From assembly GCF_011745625.1 (NCBI RefSeq), contig NW_027191503.1, positions 1 to 64,000 on the forward strand: 64,000 nucleotides of DNA. The letters run 5' to 3'. Numbering within the stretch: position 1 is the first letter of the stretch; every line of letters starts with the position of its first letter. The notes beneath the pieces are model-generated. The model saw only the letters and a list, made by a program, of their open reading frames with translations, did no database searches and was not told the DNA's origin. The position numbers and the translations under genes were made by a program. Of the stretch, positions 24,279 to 34,837 are shown piece after piece. The DNA comes from Cladosporium halotolerans. Its lineage: Eukaryota.

Positions 24279-26692
24279 ATGGCTGAACGGACATCCGAGC
24301 ATGGACTCGAGCTTCTGAGCTCGGCGACAGCGTACATGCAAAACGATCTGATAAGACAACCGCTTCCAAAGATGGAACCGCAAGACCCGCCGCGTCCACG
24401 TAAACGCCGTCGTGCCGCGCTCTCGTGTGAGCAATGCCGACAGAGAAAGCTAAAGTAAGTAGCCTCAAGGCTTAGAAAGGTGTACCCGTACTTCACAGAT
24501 CCGGTGTAGCACTGTGGCAATCGCTGTTCCATTTACGAGGATGTTGACGTGGTTCTCATAGGTGTGATCGAAGCGATCCATGCGGCGCTTGTGTCAAGTC
24601 TCGTCTTCCAGCTTGCGTTTACAAAGACAACAGTGCTATCGTTGCACAGTCCAATGTAGGTAGGATGTCGTGACGACATACAATTCTCTTGAATGTGAAG
24701 CGCATCGGATTTGAGAGAGATATTGACATAGTCCAGGCGTCGAGAGAATTGCAAAGTCACACGCCATCACTTCCAATATCTTCTCAGCCTCACCAATCTT
24801 CGATTACATCTTCAATACTGCCACCTTCACCAGCTGTCACACAATCGCCTCTGATCCGACCAAGTGAGCAGCAGCACGCCGCGAAGCAACACCTCCCTCT
24901 TGATGGCCTCGAGCATATGAACCCGGCACCGCTCAGAGGCATCCGCGGAACTTACACGAAGAACAGGCTCTATGGCGAAAGTCACTGGACCAGTTATCTG
25001 ACCACGTCCTCCATTGCTATCGAAGGCATTCGCGAGATCGCCCATGAGGGCTTCAGCGATGCCTTCGGCCTTCTCGCCAAATGTAAGGCCTTGGCCAGAG
25101 AAGTAAAGACCCAAGAGTCTCCCGATGATATAAAGCTCAGGGAGGGTGAGAGCCTTTTACCGAGCCGGTCAGTGGCAGACATGCTGGTTCAAGCCTATCT
25201 GCGGTCTACCGATAAAGTGTTCCACGTCCTCGATGTTCCACAGTTTATGGGCTTCTACGAGCAGTACTGGAGAGATTCCACGAATGTACCTCCAGGCTTT
25301 CACGCAAGTATGATACTTGTGTTTGCCAATGGTGCTGCTGTATGCCCAGATCACGGCCTCAGCCGCAAGAACATCATACACTGGATCTACTTAGCATCAC
25401 GATGGCTCAATCAACCACGCGCAAAGATGCGCATGAACTTATGGAGTCTGCGCACCCATTGCCTCCTCCTCCTTGCCCGCCAGTCGAATGGCGTCGACGG
25501 GAAGATGACAGCGCTCTCGGCTGGATCTTTGGTTGTAACAGCGATGCACATGGGGCTTCACGTTGATCCTATCCATTTCGCAGAGTCTCAAGTGCCTCAA
25601 CAGGAGTATGAGGTCCGTAGACGACTTTGGGCAGCCGTTCTCGAGCTGGAGTTGCAGGCCAACATTGACTCCGGAGGAAGACCACTGATAAGGGAAGACG
25701 ACTTTGACTGCATGCCTCCTAGCAACGTTGACGAGGCTAGCTCGTCGAGCGCCACCAACCGACGTGCCGCCTCTCCGCTGGAAAGATACACACAGTCTTC
25801 AGTCCAGATACTGCTTGCACGGTCGATACGAATTAGGTTGAAAATCGCCAGATTTGTTAACGACTTTCGCCCTGCGCCTAGCTACCAGGAAGCGCTTGCC
25901 CGGAGCAAGGAGCTGGTTGAAGACATGCGCCAGAGCACAGCGCTCATCGAAGGCTGGCGAAAAGCCAACGCGCCAATCAGCCAATTCCAGATCGAGCTGT
26001 ACAATCTTCTCATGCAGCGCTTCTTGCTGGCCCTACACTACAATTACGCGCTCAAAGCGAAAGACGAACCTCTCTTCTATTACTCACGCAAGATTTGCCT
26101 CGACTCTTCATTTTCCCTGCTATCTCCGCCAGTTCTACAGCGTGACCCAGACTTCTACCGAGCGGTGCTCCACGGCTGCAGCGTCTTTCAAGACGTCTAT
26201 ACCGCGGCAGCCAACTTCTTAAGCGAATACGTCTGCGCTGAGAATGCCAACACGTCCCTCCTGATGCCTTCGCCTGGCACATCATCAGAAAACCACCTCA
26301 TCGCAGCCATAGAGGGCCACCTACCCTTGAGTCTGGCAAGAGTCGAAGCAGGGCAGACGAACGTCAAAGCTCAGCTACTAATGCGCTGTCTTCTGACGTT
26401 CGCCAAAGCAATCCACAACGGCACGGACGTTAAGAACGACCTTCGCAAGGCGATAAACATCTCTTTGGAAGATGCTTACGCTGCCCTGAGGACGAGGCTT
26501 GAGGGCTCGTCCCCGGCGTCGGAACCGGCGGGGAATATGCCGTTGGGCGACGATGTGTCGCTGGAGAATCTACTTGGGTGGCTTCAGGGTGATGACGTCT
26601 TTGGGTCTAATGGGGATGATATGTGGCTCAATGGGTTTGACTGGTCGGGTGGGAATGATGGCACGATGGCCGGGGAGGCACCCACGATGTGA
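24279..26692 (+). CDS. Zn(II)2Cys6 transcription factor with fungal middle homology region (introns about 24455-24561, 24656-24736)
   Basis: RKRRRAALSCEQCRQRKLK|CDRSDPCGACVKSRLPAC; later AMHMGLHVDP and EVRRRLW; acidic C-terminus. Confidence 0.92.
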
Positions 26693-27099
26693 GTCGGGGC
26701 AAAGTGGAGTCACAGAGACTTGCAAACTCTTCGGCTTGAGATACCAACAATGATAGAACGATTTCATTCAGCAAGCTATTTCCTGACTTAATGCTTTCCG
26801 CTCCTGGTTATCAGGTTTCTTCAAAGAAAGTCGAGACAAATGTGAGACGCACATGTGTTGTCTTTATCATGCTGACGAATGGATCGTCAACATATCGACG
26901 CTGACAGTGGGTTTGCCGATGTCATACCAAGCGAGGCATTGAGTGGTCGAACCTTTTCATCGGTCCGTTTCTCAAGCAAGCAAAATCGGTGCAGTACATG
27001 TCGCATTGCGGGCACCCGGGACAAGCAGGGGAAGCCAAGAGCAAGCGAGTGTATAAGGCACCGAGTGATGAGCCATCAGTCGCTCTATAAGCTAGAGGC

Positions 27100-27582
27100 T
27101 TACAGTTCGTGGATAATCCCATCCATCTCCTGAAGAGTCTTGATAAAAGCCTCATGATTGTCGTTGTACCTCACGCGGGTGTCAGACGTCGGAAGACGAC
27201 AATACCATGCGTGGACGTACTTGCGGGCGTTAATAGCAGTCTCGAGCCATCCTTTGAGACGTTGGAGAGAATCGTTGAATATGGTGCCGTTACCCACCAG
27301 AGCGCGAGCAAGCATGATATACTGCTTGCAGGTGACGTAAGGCACGTATTGAGAGGAGCCTGGGCCGTCCTTGATGAGCTTTGTCTGCACACGGATGCTG
27401 ATGATAACCCCACGGATATTCACGTCCATGAACGTCAGGCGACCGAAACCATCATGCTCGAGCTTTGAAGCAGCATGGTCGCGAAGCAGGTTGAAGACTT
27501 CGACGCCTGCCTCGTGAGCGAGGCCGACCAAGCTGCAGTGATCGAAAGGCAGACGCTCACCGTGCTTGAGCGGCTGGGGCAT
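27100..27582 (-). CDS. Small hypothetical protein resembling a stand-alone DUF6604-type domain
   Basis: ATG 27582. LETAINARKYVHAWY...NDNHEAFIKTL resembles the AI..Rk...w....N..H..FI..L pattern of DUF6604 as I recall it. Confidence 0.5.
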   Translation of the reverse strand: MPQPLKHGERLPFDHCSLVGLAHEAGVEVFNLLRDHAASKLEHDGFGRLTFMDVNIRGVIISIRVQTKLIKDGPGSSQYVPYVTCKQYIMLARALVGNGTIFNDSLQRLKGWLETAINARKYVHAWYCRLPTSDTRVRYNDNHEAFIKTLQEMDGIIHEL

Positions 27583-28409
27583 GTCGGTAAGGTTTCTGTG
27601 GGAGCAGATCGTGGGTTTTAGGGTGGAGAGTGAATGTGCTTCGGTCTGAGATGGTGGGTGAACCTTTACTGAAGAATCGGAAGATTGTTGACTGCACGGA
27701 TCGAAGTAGACCCAGGGTAAGAATCCGATACTTAGTACACCAAGCTGTTGTTGCTGAAGGAGTAAGGATCCGTTTGCTTCACTTTGCTCGTACGCGGATG
27801 GTTTCGGTGCCACCAGTGTGGCCGCCCTGACTTTGATGGAAGCACCTAGGCCACCAAATGACGGGTCCGAGACTGAAGTATATTGCAAATTAGCACATGT
27901 GTCTTACAAGTCCGATTATGTGGATGTCGCCTTTGGCTTCAATCCCATTGCATTGGCAACTTACGTCGTATCCCAATGTGTGCGGTCCTCAGGCTTGCTG
28001 CTGTCTGTGATCCAAGACGTGTCGAGAACGTCAAAGTAGCAGGGCGAGCAAGTACTTGTGATGTGAACTGTTGACTGAGGCTCCCTAGTGCTTGAGCGAG
28101 CGTTTGCTTGCAGCCGCAGCTCCGGTTTGGCACGTGCTCGTGTTAGTGAGGTGTGCATTGCCCAAGCCTCAAGTCCGCGGAAGGGACTTGTTAGGACGTT
28201 GTTCTCAGGTTGTTGGCACTGCCTCAAAGTTGCAAAAGTGCAGATGAATGAGATCTCTGAATGTAGCGGTTCTTGTGAGGGCCGAAGCTTGCATATACAT
28301 ATGGTGATCTGAAGACAATGAGCAGATACCTTGGAAAAAGGCTCTCAAATCCAACACCTTACACGTGACAGTCCCATCAGTTTCCTGGTCTTACACTGCT
28401 AGTAATAAT

Positions 28410-30080
28410 TCACTCCGTGTCATCTTCACCAAAGGCGTAACCAAGCTTCTCACCGACCTTCACATGCATTCCCTTCTCAATGCACCACTTCCAGCCACCC
28501 TTCCTGCCTTGGCCATCAGCACCCATGAACCCTTCGTCAAGAGTGGGTCTCCGGCCCTTGGGAGCCTCAAAGACCATCACAATAGTGCTTCCCAGCTGGA
28601 AACCACCCATCTCCTCGCCTCTCTTGAGAGGATGACCACCCAGCACACTCGAAGCAGCCTTGTAGGTAGCCTCTGCGTAGCCAGAATATGGCTCGCCCTT
28701 CTTTTGCGCCTCCTCTGCGGCATGGTCGGCTTGCGTGTCCGTGAGCAGGCTGTTTGTCCGAAGTTCGCGATCGAAGTTGACAACGATGGAGCCGACATTG
28801 GTGGCGCCGACGGGTGTGTAGGAAAAGAAACCATGCTTCCATTTGCCCAACAGGACTACACGCTCGTTGAGAGTGAACAAGCCAGGCAGAGTGCGGACGA
28901 GGTAGGGCGAGACAGAGTAGAGTTCACCAGCGAAGTGTCGTCGAGACTCGACGACCCATGACACCGGGGAGTGGAAGCGGTGGTAATCACCAGGAGCTAG
29001 GTAGACGACGCAGTAGTAGAGTGCAGTGGGAGTCTCGGGCTGGCCACCAAAGTAGTACCAGGGTTTCGACTTGGGTGAAAGAGCAAGATCTGCCTGCACA
29101 GCTGCTTCTGAGCTTGCACGAGACGGCGTACTTTGATCTTCAGCCTTGGTGACGGTTTCGTGAACCTTAGCACCCTCCCTTGAGCGCGGCTGGCCCTTTC
29201 CAGACTGAGCAGCACCCGAGAACAACGAGGGAAGATCATAGGAAATACCGTTGACTCGAGCAAATTCCTCATCCGCCTTGATCTTGTCTTCTTCGCCTTC
29301 CCTGATCCTAAAGCTGCTCGTCTGTGGTGCTCCGGACTGCCCGGCGACGTTGCTGCTAGGCTTTCCACTTTCGTTTGGCCTGTCTCCAAGCAGGGCGTCC
29401 ACGGAATATGTCACACCCTTGACTTGTTCGATGTCACCATGCTCGATGACACCGAATTGAACAATCTTTCCGTCAGCCGGGGAGAGCAGAGCATTCGGGT
29501 TCGGATCCAGAGGTCGAGCGCCAGGCTTCAGCGTACGATAGAAGAACTCTGCGAGATTGCGAAATTTGTGCAGATCCTTCTCCTCAATTTCATCAAAATT
29601 GACACCGAAGACCCAACCATAGAGTTTGAAGCCAGGAACACGTAGGTAATATGGAATATCCATGCTGTTGAACTGGCCCCATAATCTGCTGAGCGCCTTC
29701 AGCGGCAGCGTGGACATGATCTGAACCGCCCATGGTCCGCTGGGCCTGATCCTGTGTCTTCCTGGCTGCCGGCCATCTCCTTCTCCATTATCATTCCTCC
29801 GCGCCCATTCATCGTCTTGTTTTTGATCGCTAACGTAACTCCGATAGAAGTGGAAGCCGCCGAGGAAAGCCACACCAAGTGCGATGGGAATAGGACTCCA
29901 TATGATCTGTGTACCGTCTAGAGCTGTTCGAAGCCTTTTCCTGAAAGGCTCTCTTTTGTTTTGCGAGTGTCGTTGGTTGCGTGAAGACGAGAAGTTTCGA
30001 CCCCTCGGTACCGTGGTCCGGCGATGAAGGGCGGCGCGGAAAAGAGGAGACGTCCGCCGCGAGAAGACCGGTGTCGACAT
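28410..30080 (-). CDS. PSD1: Mitochondrial phosphatidylserine decarboxylase proenzyme
   Basis: Arg-rich presequence, TM segment, FFYRTLKPGARP, SPADG, QVKGVTYS, YLAPGDYHRFHSP, LNERVV, VGATNVGSI, FQLGST autocleavage motif. Confidence 0.95.
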   Translation of the reverse strand: MSTPVFSRRTSPLFRAALHRRTTVPRGRNFSSSRNQRHSQNKREPFRKRLRTALDGTQIIWSPIPIALGVAFLGGFHFYRSYVSDQKQDDEWARRNDNGEGDGRQPGRHRIRPSGPWAVQIMSTLPLKALSRLWGQFNSMDIPYYLRVPGFKLYGWVFGVNFDEIEEKDLHKFRNLAEFFYRTLKPGARPLDPNPNALLSPADGKIVQFGVIEHGDIEQVKGVTYSVDALLGDRPNESGKPSSNVAGQSGAPQTSSFRIREGEEDKIKADEEFARVNGISYDLPSLFSGAAQSGKGQPRSREGAKVHETVTKAEDQSTPSRASSEAAVQADLALSPKSKPWYYFGGQPETPTALYYCVVYLAPGDYHRFHSPVSWVVESRRHFAGELYSVSPYLVRTLPGLFTLNERVVLLGKWKHGFFSYTPVGATNVGSIVVNFDRELRTNSLLTDTQADHAAEEAQKKGEPYSGYAEATYKAASSVLGGHPLKRGEEMGGFQLGSTIVMVFEAPKGRRPTLDEGFMGADGQGRKGGWKWCIEKGMHVKVGEKLGYAFGEDDTE

Positions 30081-30479
30081 GGTGGGTGATATGGCCCGAT
30101 GTTTAATTACAATTTCATACCAGGAGGCCGGTGCGTGTTTCCCACGCAAATTCGCGATGAGTATAGTGCTGTGGTTGTCGAGCTCGGAGCCCGCCTTTGC
30201 TTCTTCTCCTTGTGCTTCCCCAGACCTGCCACATGACGTTGCGGCAGACTTCGCTAGCGGCCGGCCGAACAGCTTCCCTGCAGCTTCCCCATGAGGCTGA
30301 TGCCAAAGGTCAAACGTTACAGCCAGCTGGTCACCAACAATTGCGCTCACCGATTGCCACCTCTCATCTTTGCAGCGTAATTTGCCCGGCGCGCTGTTGT
30401 TTCCATTTTTCAGCAATGACCGTTTGACATTCTTCTTGACTCCATCTTTTCTTGTAATTCACGATAGCCGTACGCAAAT

Positions 30480-32927
30480 ATGGCTCCGAATGATCCGCCA
30501 ACGGAGATCACTATCAGAGTGAAAGTCCCTCCAGGGCATATTGCTGGAAGCAGCGCCGACGAATTCACACTGGGCGTTCTTCCGACATCCTCACACATCG
30601 GCGATCTTCGCCAGCAGATCCAGCAGCTTCTCCCATCAAATCCAAGCCCGGAACGTCAGCGATTACTATACTTCGGCCGAGCGCTCGTCGATAACGAGCA
30701 GACGATCGCAAGCGCCCTGAACACGAGTCGAGACACGAGTCAGACGGAATATGTTATACATTTGCTTGTGAAGGGTGAGCAGGATGCAAACGGTGGACAG
30801 ACAGCTCCGAGTAGGAGGGTTCACAGCGCTCTGGGCGGAGGGCCTGGGTTGCTGAGCGCTGGGTTGCCGCAAGAGCAAGGGAACATTCCTCGAGCTGCCA
30901 GTCAACCTGAGGGCGCTGCGCCGCAAGGCTTGCCAACATTACCGCAAGGGCCACATCATCCGCCGTACAATCTGCAGCATGCACAGCACTTGGCGTTGCT
31001 CCAGCAGCGGCAAGCTCAGCAAATGCACATGCAGCAGCAGCTAGGTCGCCAGAGAATACCACCATTCGGCGTTCCACCAATGCATACCGGCAGGCCCCTA
31101 GCTGGACCTCCGGGTGCCTCGCCTTTAGCCCCAGGACAGCCATCACCGCAGCAGGGCGCACGCAGCGAGGATACTGTTGGATCAGATCAACGAAGCGCGG
31201 AACATTCTAATGACCACAACGCGACCGGTCAAGATAGGGCATCTGATCCAGACATAGCCCAAACCCAGGCAGGCGAAACCGGTCAGGCACCACGAGCAAC
31301 TCAAGTGCCACACAGGCCGGTCAGCGGCCAGGGATTCCATGTGCAAGGCGTTGGCCCGGATGGAAACCGCTTTGAGATCCACCAGCAAACTCTCAATATT
31401 CCTTTCCCTGGACAGCCAGGTCCCTTTGGTGCTCCCATGCCACCGATGCCTAGCATGGGTCTTCCTTTTCCTTTGCCAGGCATGGCTCAGCAACGTCCAA
31501 CAAACCAGCCACAACAACCGAACGCGCCCTCTGCGCTCGATCGTGCAAGACAGAATGTGACAGAGATGAGGCAGATGGTCGACGACATGCGCAATGCGAA
31601 TGCGACAGAGGAGGATCGCACCCGTATTGCACGATTGCAACAACACATTCAAGCAGTCAACGACTACATTGATCCCTTTGGAGTTGGGAGGCCGAACCCA
31701 AGATCTCGTTCTTCCTCGCCATTCCCGCAGAGGATGGCCCAAAGCATGCGATCATCGCCAGCACTTGGGCTTAACCCTTTCATTCCACCGCCGCGAACAC
31801 CTTCCAATCCCCTGATCCCAAGCCTGGTGCCAGGTGTACGGCAACAGCCATCGTCAAGTCGAGACGTCACTTGCTACCTACTGTCATCGCCTCAGGGACC
31901 TCAGGCACTTCTGTTTTCTCCGCAGCATGGATCATATGCCGGTAGCTTTCCTGGCGCAGCAACCACAGGTACCAGCATGCCAGGTAATGCTCCCACTGGG
32001 TTTCGCCGGACAGTACACGTGATCGATCCTCATGGCCAGCCGACTCCCACACCCACCCAGACCGCCGGCGCCGCGCATGGTCAACACGGCCAACAAGGCG
32101 CCGCACCAGCTGCTGACCCCGCAGTCGCAGTCGCGCACCAAGTCGCTCAACAGCTTAACCAAGCTCAGCAAGCTCAAGCCCGCCCTCCTCCTCAAGACAA
32201 CGCTCTAGGCCCTCTGCAGCCTCTCCTTGCGCATTTCTGGCTGCTGTTCCGCGTCGTGATCTTCGCCTACTTCATTCTTGGCACGAACATGGGCTGGCGG
32301 CGCCCACTTGCGCTCGCTCTTATCGGATTAGGGTTCTGGATGATCCGCGCAGGACTCTTCGGAGAAGGCGGCGTGGCACGCCGCTGGTGGGACGGCATCG
32401 TCCGCGTGGAGCAGAGACCGCGCCAGCAGCAGCGGGCGCAGGGCGAGGGTGCAGCCGCTGAAGGTGATCAGCCTGGCGATCAGAGACCGGGCCAGCTTCC
32501 TACGCCCGAGGAGCTGGCGCAGCGATTGATGCACGAGCGCGAAGAGGCTTTGCAGCGCGCCCCTCTCCACAGGATTAGAGAGCATTTGCGTCCCGTGGAA
32601 CGCGCAGCGGCTTTGTTCGTTGCCAGCTTCTGGCCGGGTGTGGGCGAAGCTCACGTTCGTGCTCGTGAGGCTGAGGAGAGGCGGAGAGCGGAGGAGGAAG
32701 TGGAGCAGAGGAGGCGGGAGGAGGAGGAGAGGCAGCGGGCTATTGAAGCTAAGAAGGATGGAGAGAAGAAAGAAGGGGAGGGCTCCGGTGATGCTGGAGT
32801 CGCTGGGGACGAGAAGTCTGCCGTTGAGGCGGTACAGGCCGATGCCTCAGCGCATGATCGCAAAGAGCCGATCAATGGTGAAGGCGCAGTGCGGTTGCCT
32901 GTGTCTACGGGATCGACAGAACAGTAG
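30480..32927 (+). CDS. Ubiquitin-like-domain membrane protein (Usa1/HERP-like ERAD scaffold)
   Basis: N-terminal UBL (PSPERQRLLYFGRAL...VIHLLV), P/Q-rich linker, hydrophobic hairpin (HFWLLFRVVIFAYF...), LFVASFWPG, charged tail. Confidence 0.72.
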   Translation: MAPNDPPTEITIRVKVPPGHIAGSSADEFTLGVLPTSSHIGDLRQQIQQLLPSNPSPERQRLLYFGRALVDNEQTIASALNTSRDTSQTEYVIHLLVKGEQDANGGQTAPSRRVHSALGGGPGLLSAGLPQEQGNIPRAASQPEGAAPQGLPTLPQGPHHPPYNLQHAQHLALLQQRQAQQMHMQQQLGRQRIPPFGVPPMHTGRPLAGPPGASPLAPGQPSPQQGARSEDTVGSDQRSAEHSNDHNATGQDRASDPDIAQTQAGETGQAPRATQVPHRPVSGQGFHVQGVGPDGNRFEIHQQTLNIPFPGQPGPFGAPMPPMPSMGLPFPLPGMAQQRPTNQPQQPNAPSALDRARQNVTEMRQMVDDMRNANATEEDRTRIARLQQHIQAVNDYIDPFGVGRPNPRSRSSSPFPQRMAQSMRSSPALGLNPFIPPPRTPSNPLIPSLVPGVRQQPSSSRDVTCYLLSSPQGPQALLFSPQHGSYAGSFPGAATTGTSMPGNAPTGFRRTVHVIDPHGQPTPTPTQTAGAAHGQHGQQGAAPAADPAVAVAHQVAQQLNQAQQAQARPPPQDNALGPLQPLLAHFWLLFRVVIFAYFILGTNMGWRRPLALALIGLGFWMIRAGLFGEGGVARRWWDGIVRVEQRPRQQQRAQGEGAAAEGDQPGDQRPGQLPTPEELAQRLMHEREEALQRAPLHRIREHLRPVERAAALFVASFWPGVGEAHVRAREAEERRRAEEEVEQRRREEEERQRAIEAKKDGEKKEGEGSGDAGVAGDEKSAVEAVQADASAHDRKEPINGEGAVRLPVSTGSTEQ

Positions 32928-33973
32928 GCATGTACAAGTATGAACATGGCTATTGCCAGCTTTCATTGGGCAAACAGCGGCAACGTACCTAGTGATCGCT
33001 TGGTTTTTGTAGAGTTGTCCTTGTATCCACTTGAACGAAACTGCTTCTACCAAGAACTGCGTTCCAGCTTCTGCTAAATTTTGGCCACCGCAGGGAGCTG
33101 TATCTTTATATGTACGCACAGCCAGCGTCCTTGGCAGCATCCAGAGGAGAATGGTAATTCCTCAAATTATCATACAACTATTTTAGCCTTCTTGACTCTC
33201 CAACGACCAGTATCGTGGATCAGGTGCAGCTGCGTGGAGGTTACCAGGGTTAGGGTTGGGGCAATGTCGCTTGGAAGTTCGCCCTCAGTCAAATTAGCCA
33301 TAGAGACCCAAGAGTTCAGGGAATATAGAATCATAATGTACACTTATGTAACTCTCTCTTTTTTTTGTCAGCTTTCGATTCCTGACGCAACAACACCCGT
33401 TCAAACACCAAGCAAACGTGCGCAGCCATCGACGAAGTGAAGTCGACCTGATCCCTACGAGAAGGAAGCCGGACGGGCCGTAAAGTCGCCGAACTCGTGC
33501 AATGCGATTTGAGAGCGTGTCGTCATCAACCCTGACTTTCCAACAGCAATGTTCCCGTCCTTCGGCGCCGTGCCTTACTCAGGTACATTCCAAACCTTCT
33601 TCTTTGCATCATCGACCGGCCGCGGCTTTGCACGGAAGCTCCACGGCTGCAACCTACGCGGCACTGCGATGCCGACGATGATGACCATTGGCTGTCGCGA
33701 TTTGTGCGACACGAGAGTGAGACAGGAAATCGTGAGTTAGGTACAGGCTGCGCCCATATCGTCATCCCTCCCTCCCGTCTCAATGCCTTCGCTCTGAAAT
33801 ATGTAATTTTTTGAATCTTCATCGCGTGTGAATTGGTTGAACCGTTCTTTATCATCTCCTTCTCACTACACTCGCTGTCTGTCACACGAAGACGCGCATT
33901 GCTCTCCCCCCAACTCAAACCAGAGCCACGGAATACAGCACTACAAGGCTCCAACAAGCCACCCGCGAACAAA

Positions 33974-34642
33974 ATGTTCGAAACAACCTTCTCCCACAAA
34001 TCCTCAACTCCTCTCCCCCCCACAGTCTCCATAGCCACCGCGCTCCAACTCCTACACGACTTCGAAACAATCAACCGTCTCAACCCCGACGTGCGCGGGC
34101 AGAAACCCATCGAGCCCAAAAACGGCTCCCTCAAAACCAACTCCACATCCGCCTACCCCGTGCAATACTACGAGGTCGAGGATGATCTGCCATTCATCCC
34201 CAAGAAACTCTGGAGCGGCGGCGTCCGCTACCAAGCAGACTTCGTCCCGCTGCCCGAAGGCTGCGACATCACTGTGCATGCGCCGGGCGGCTTCACGTCC
34301 GTGAACCACTGGCGGCTGGTGCATCAGGAAGAGCGGACAGTGGAGTCTATTCAGGAAGATGGCGCGCCGGCGGTTCAGGAAGTGGATGGCTCGGGACGAA
34401 CGAAGAGCCGAAATGAGCTTTATGCCACAGGCGGGCAGTGGTATGTGGAGATTGTGAGCGATGCAAAGTGCAGCAGGACGTTTTCCGGGTTTGTCAAAGG
34501 GTTCTTGAAGAACAGCCATAGTCAGCTGCAAGGGGCTTTCGTGGATAGGTTGAAGGAGGCTTCGAAGGCGCAGCAGGGAGCTCGTCCGCAGGCTGGAGGT
34601 CGGAGGCCTACCATTGGGAGGCGGAAGTCCAGTAGGTTTTGA
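33974..34642 (+). CDS. Conserved fungal hypothetical protein (DUF7053-like, START/SRPBCC-type)
   Basis: MFETTFSHKSSTPLPPTVS...LHDFETINRLNP; GCDITVHAPGG; FVKGFLKNSH. Confidence 0.65.
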   Translation: MFETTFSHKSSTPLPPTVSIATALQLLHDFETINRLNPDVRGQKPIEPKNGSLKTNSTSAYPVQYYEVEDDLPFIPKKLWSGGVRYQADFVPLPEGCDITVHAPGGFTSVNHWRLVHQEERTVESIQEDGAPAVQEVDGSGRTKSRNELYATGGQWYVEIVSDAKCSRTFSGFVKGFLKNSHSQLQGAFVDRLKEASKAQQGARPQAGGRRPTIGRRKSSRF

Positions 34643-34837
34643 GGGATCCAGCTATCTTGCGATTTCCCTTCGTTGTTCTAAGCCGAGACGGAACCATGGT
34701 AGTTAATGACGACAGTAATGTTTATTCAATTATTCAAATTCAATATAGCGTCGCCTACAAAGAAATCAAAGGAGAGGGCCCTAAAAAGCCAGTCATTAGA
34801 GACATAATGCCCTGGATTCACGAAACATCTTACAGGC

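Noticed and set aside
30081..30416. 112-codon in-frame extension upstream of PSD1
   Set aside because: It starts at TTG, lies in the divergent promoter and would mask the mitochondrial presequence that begins at ATG 30080.
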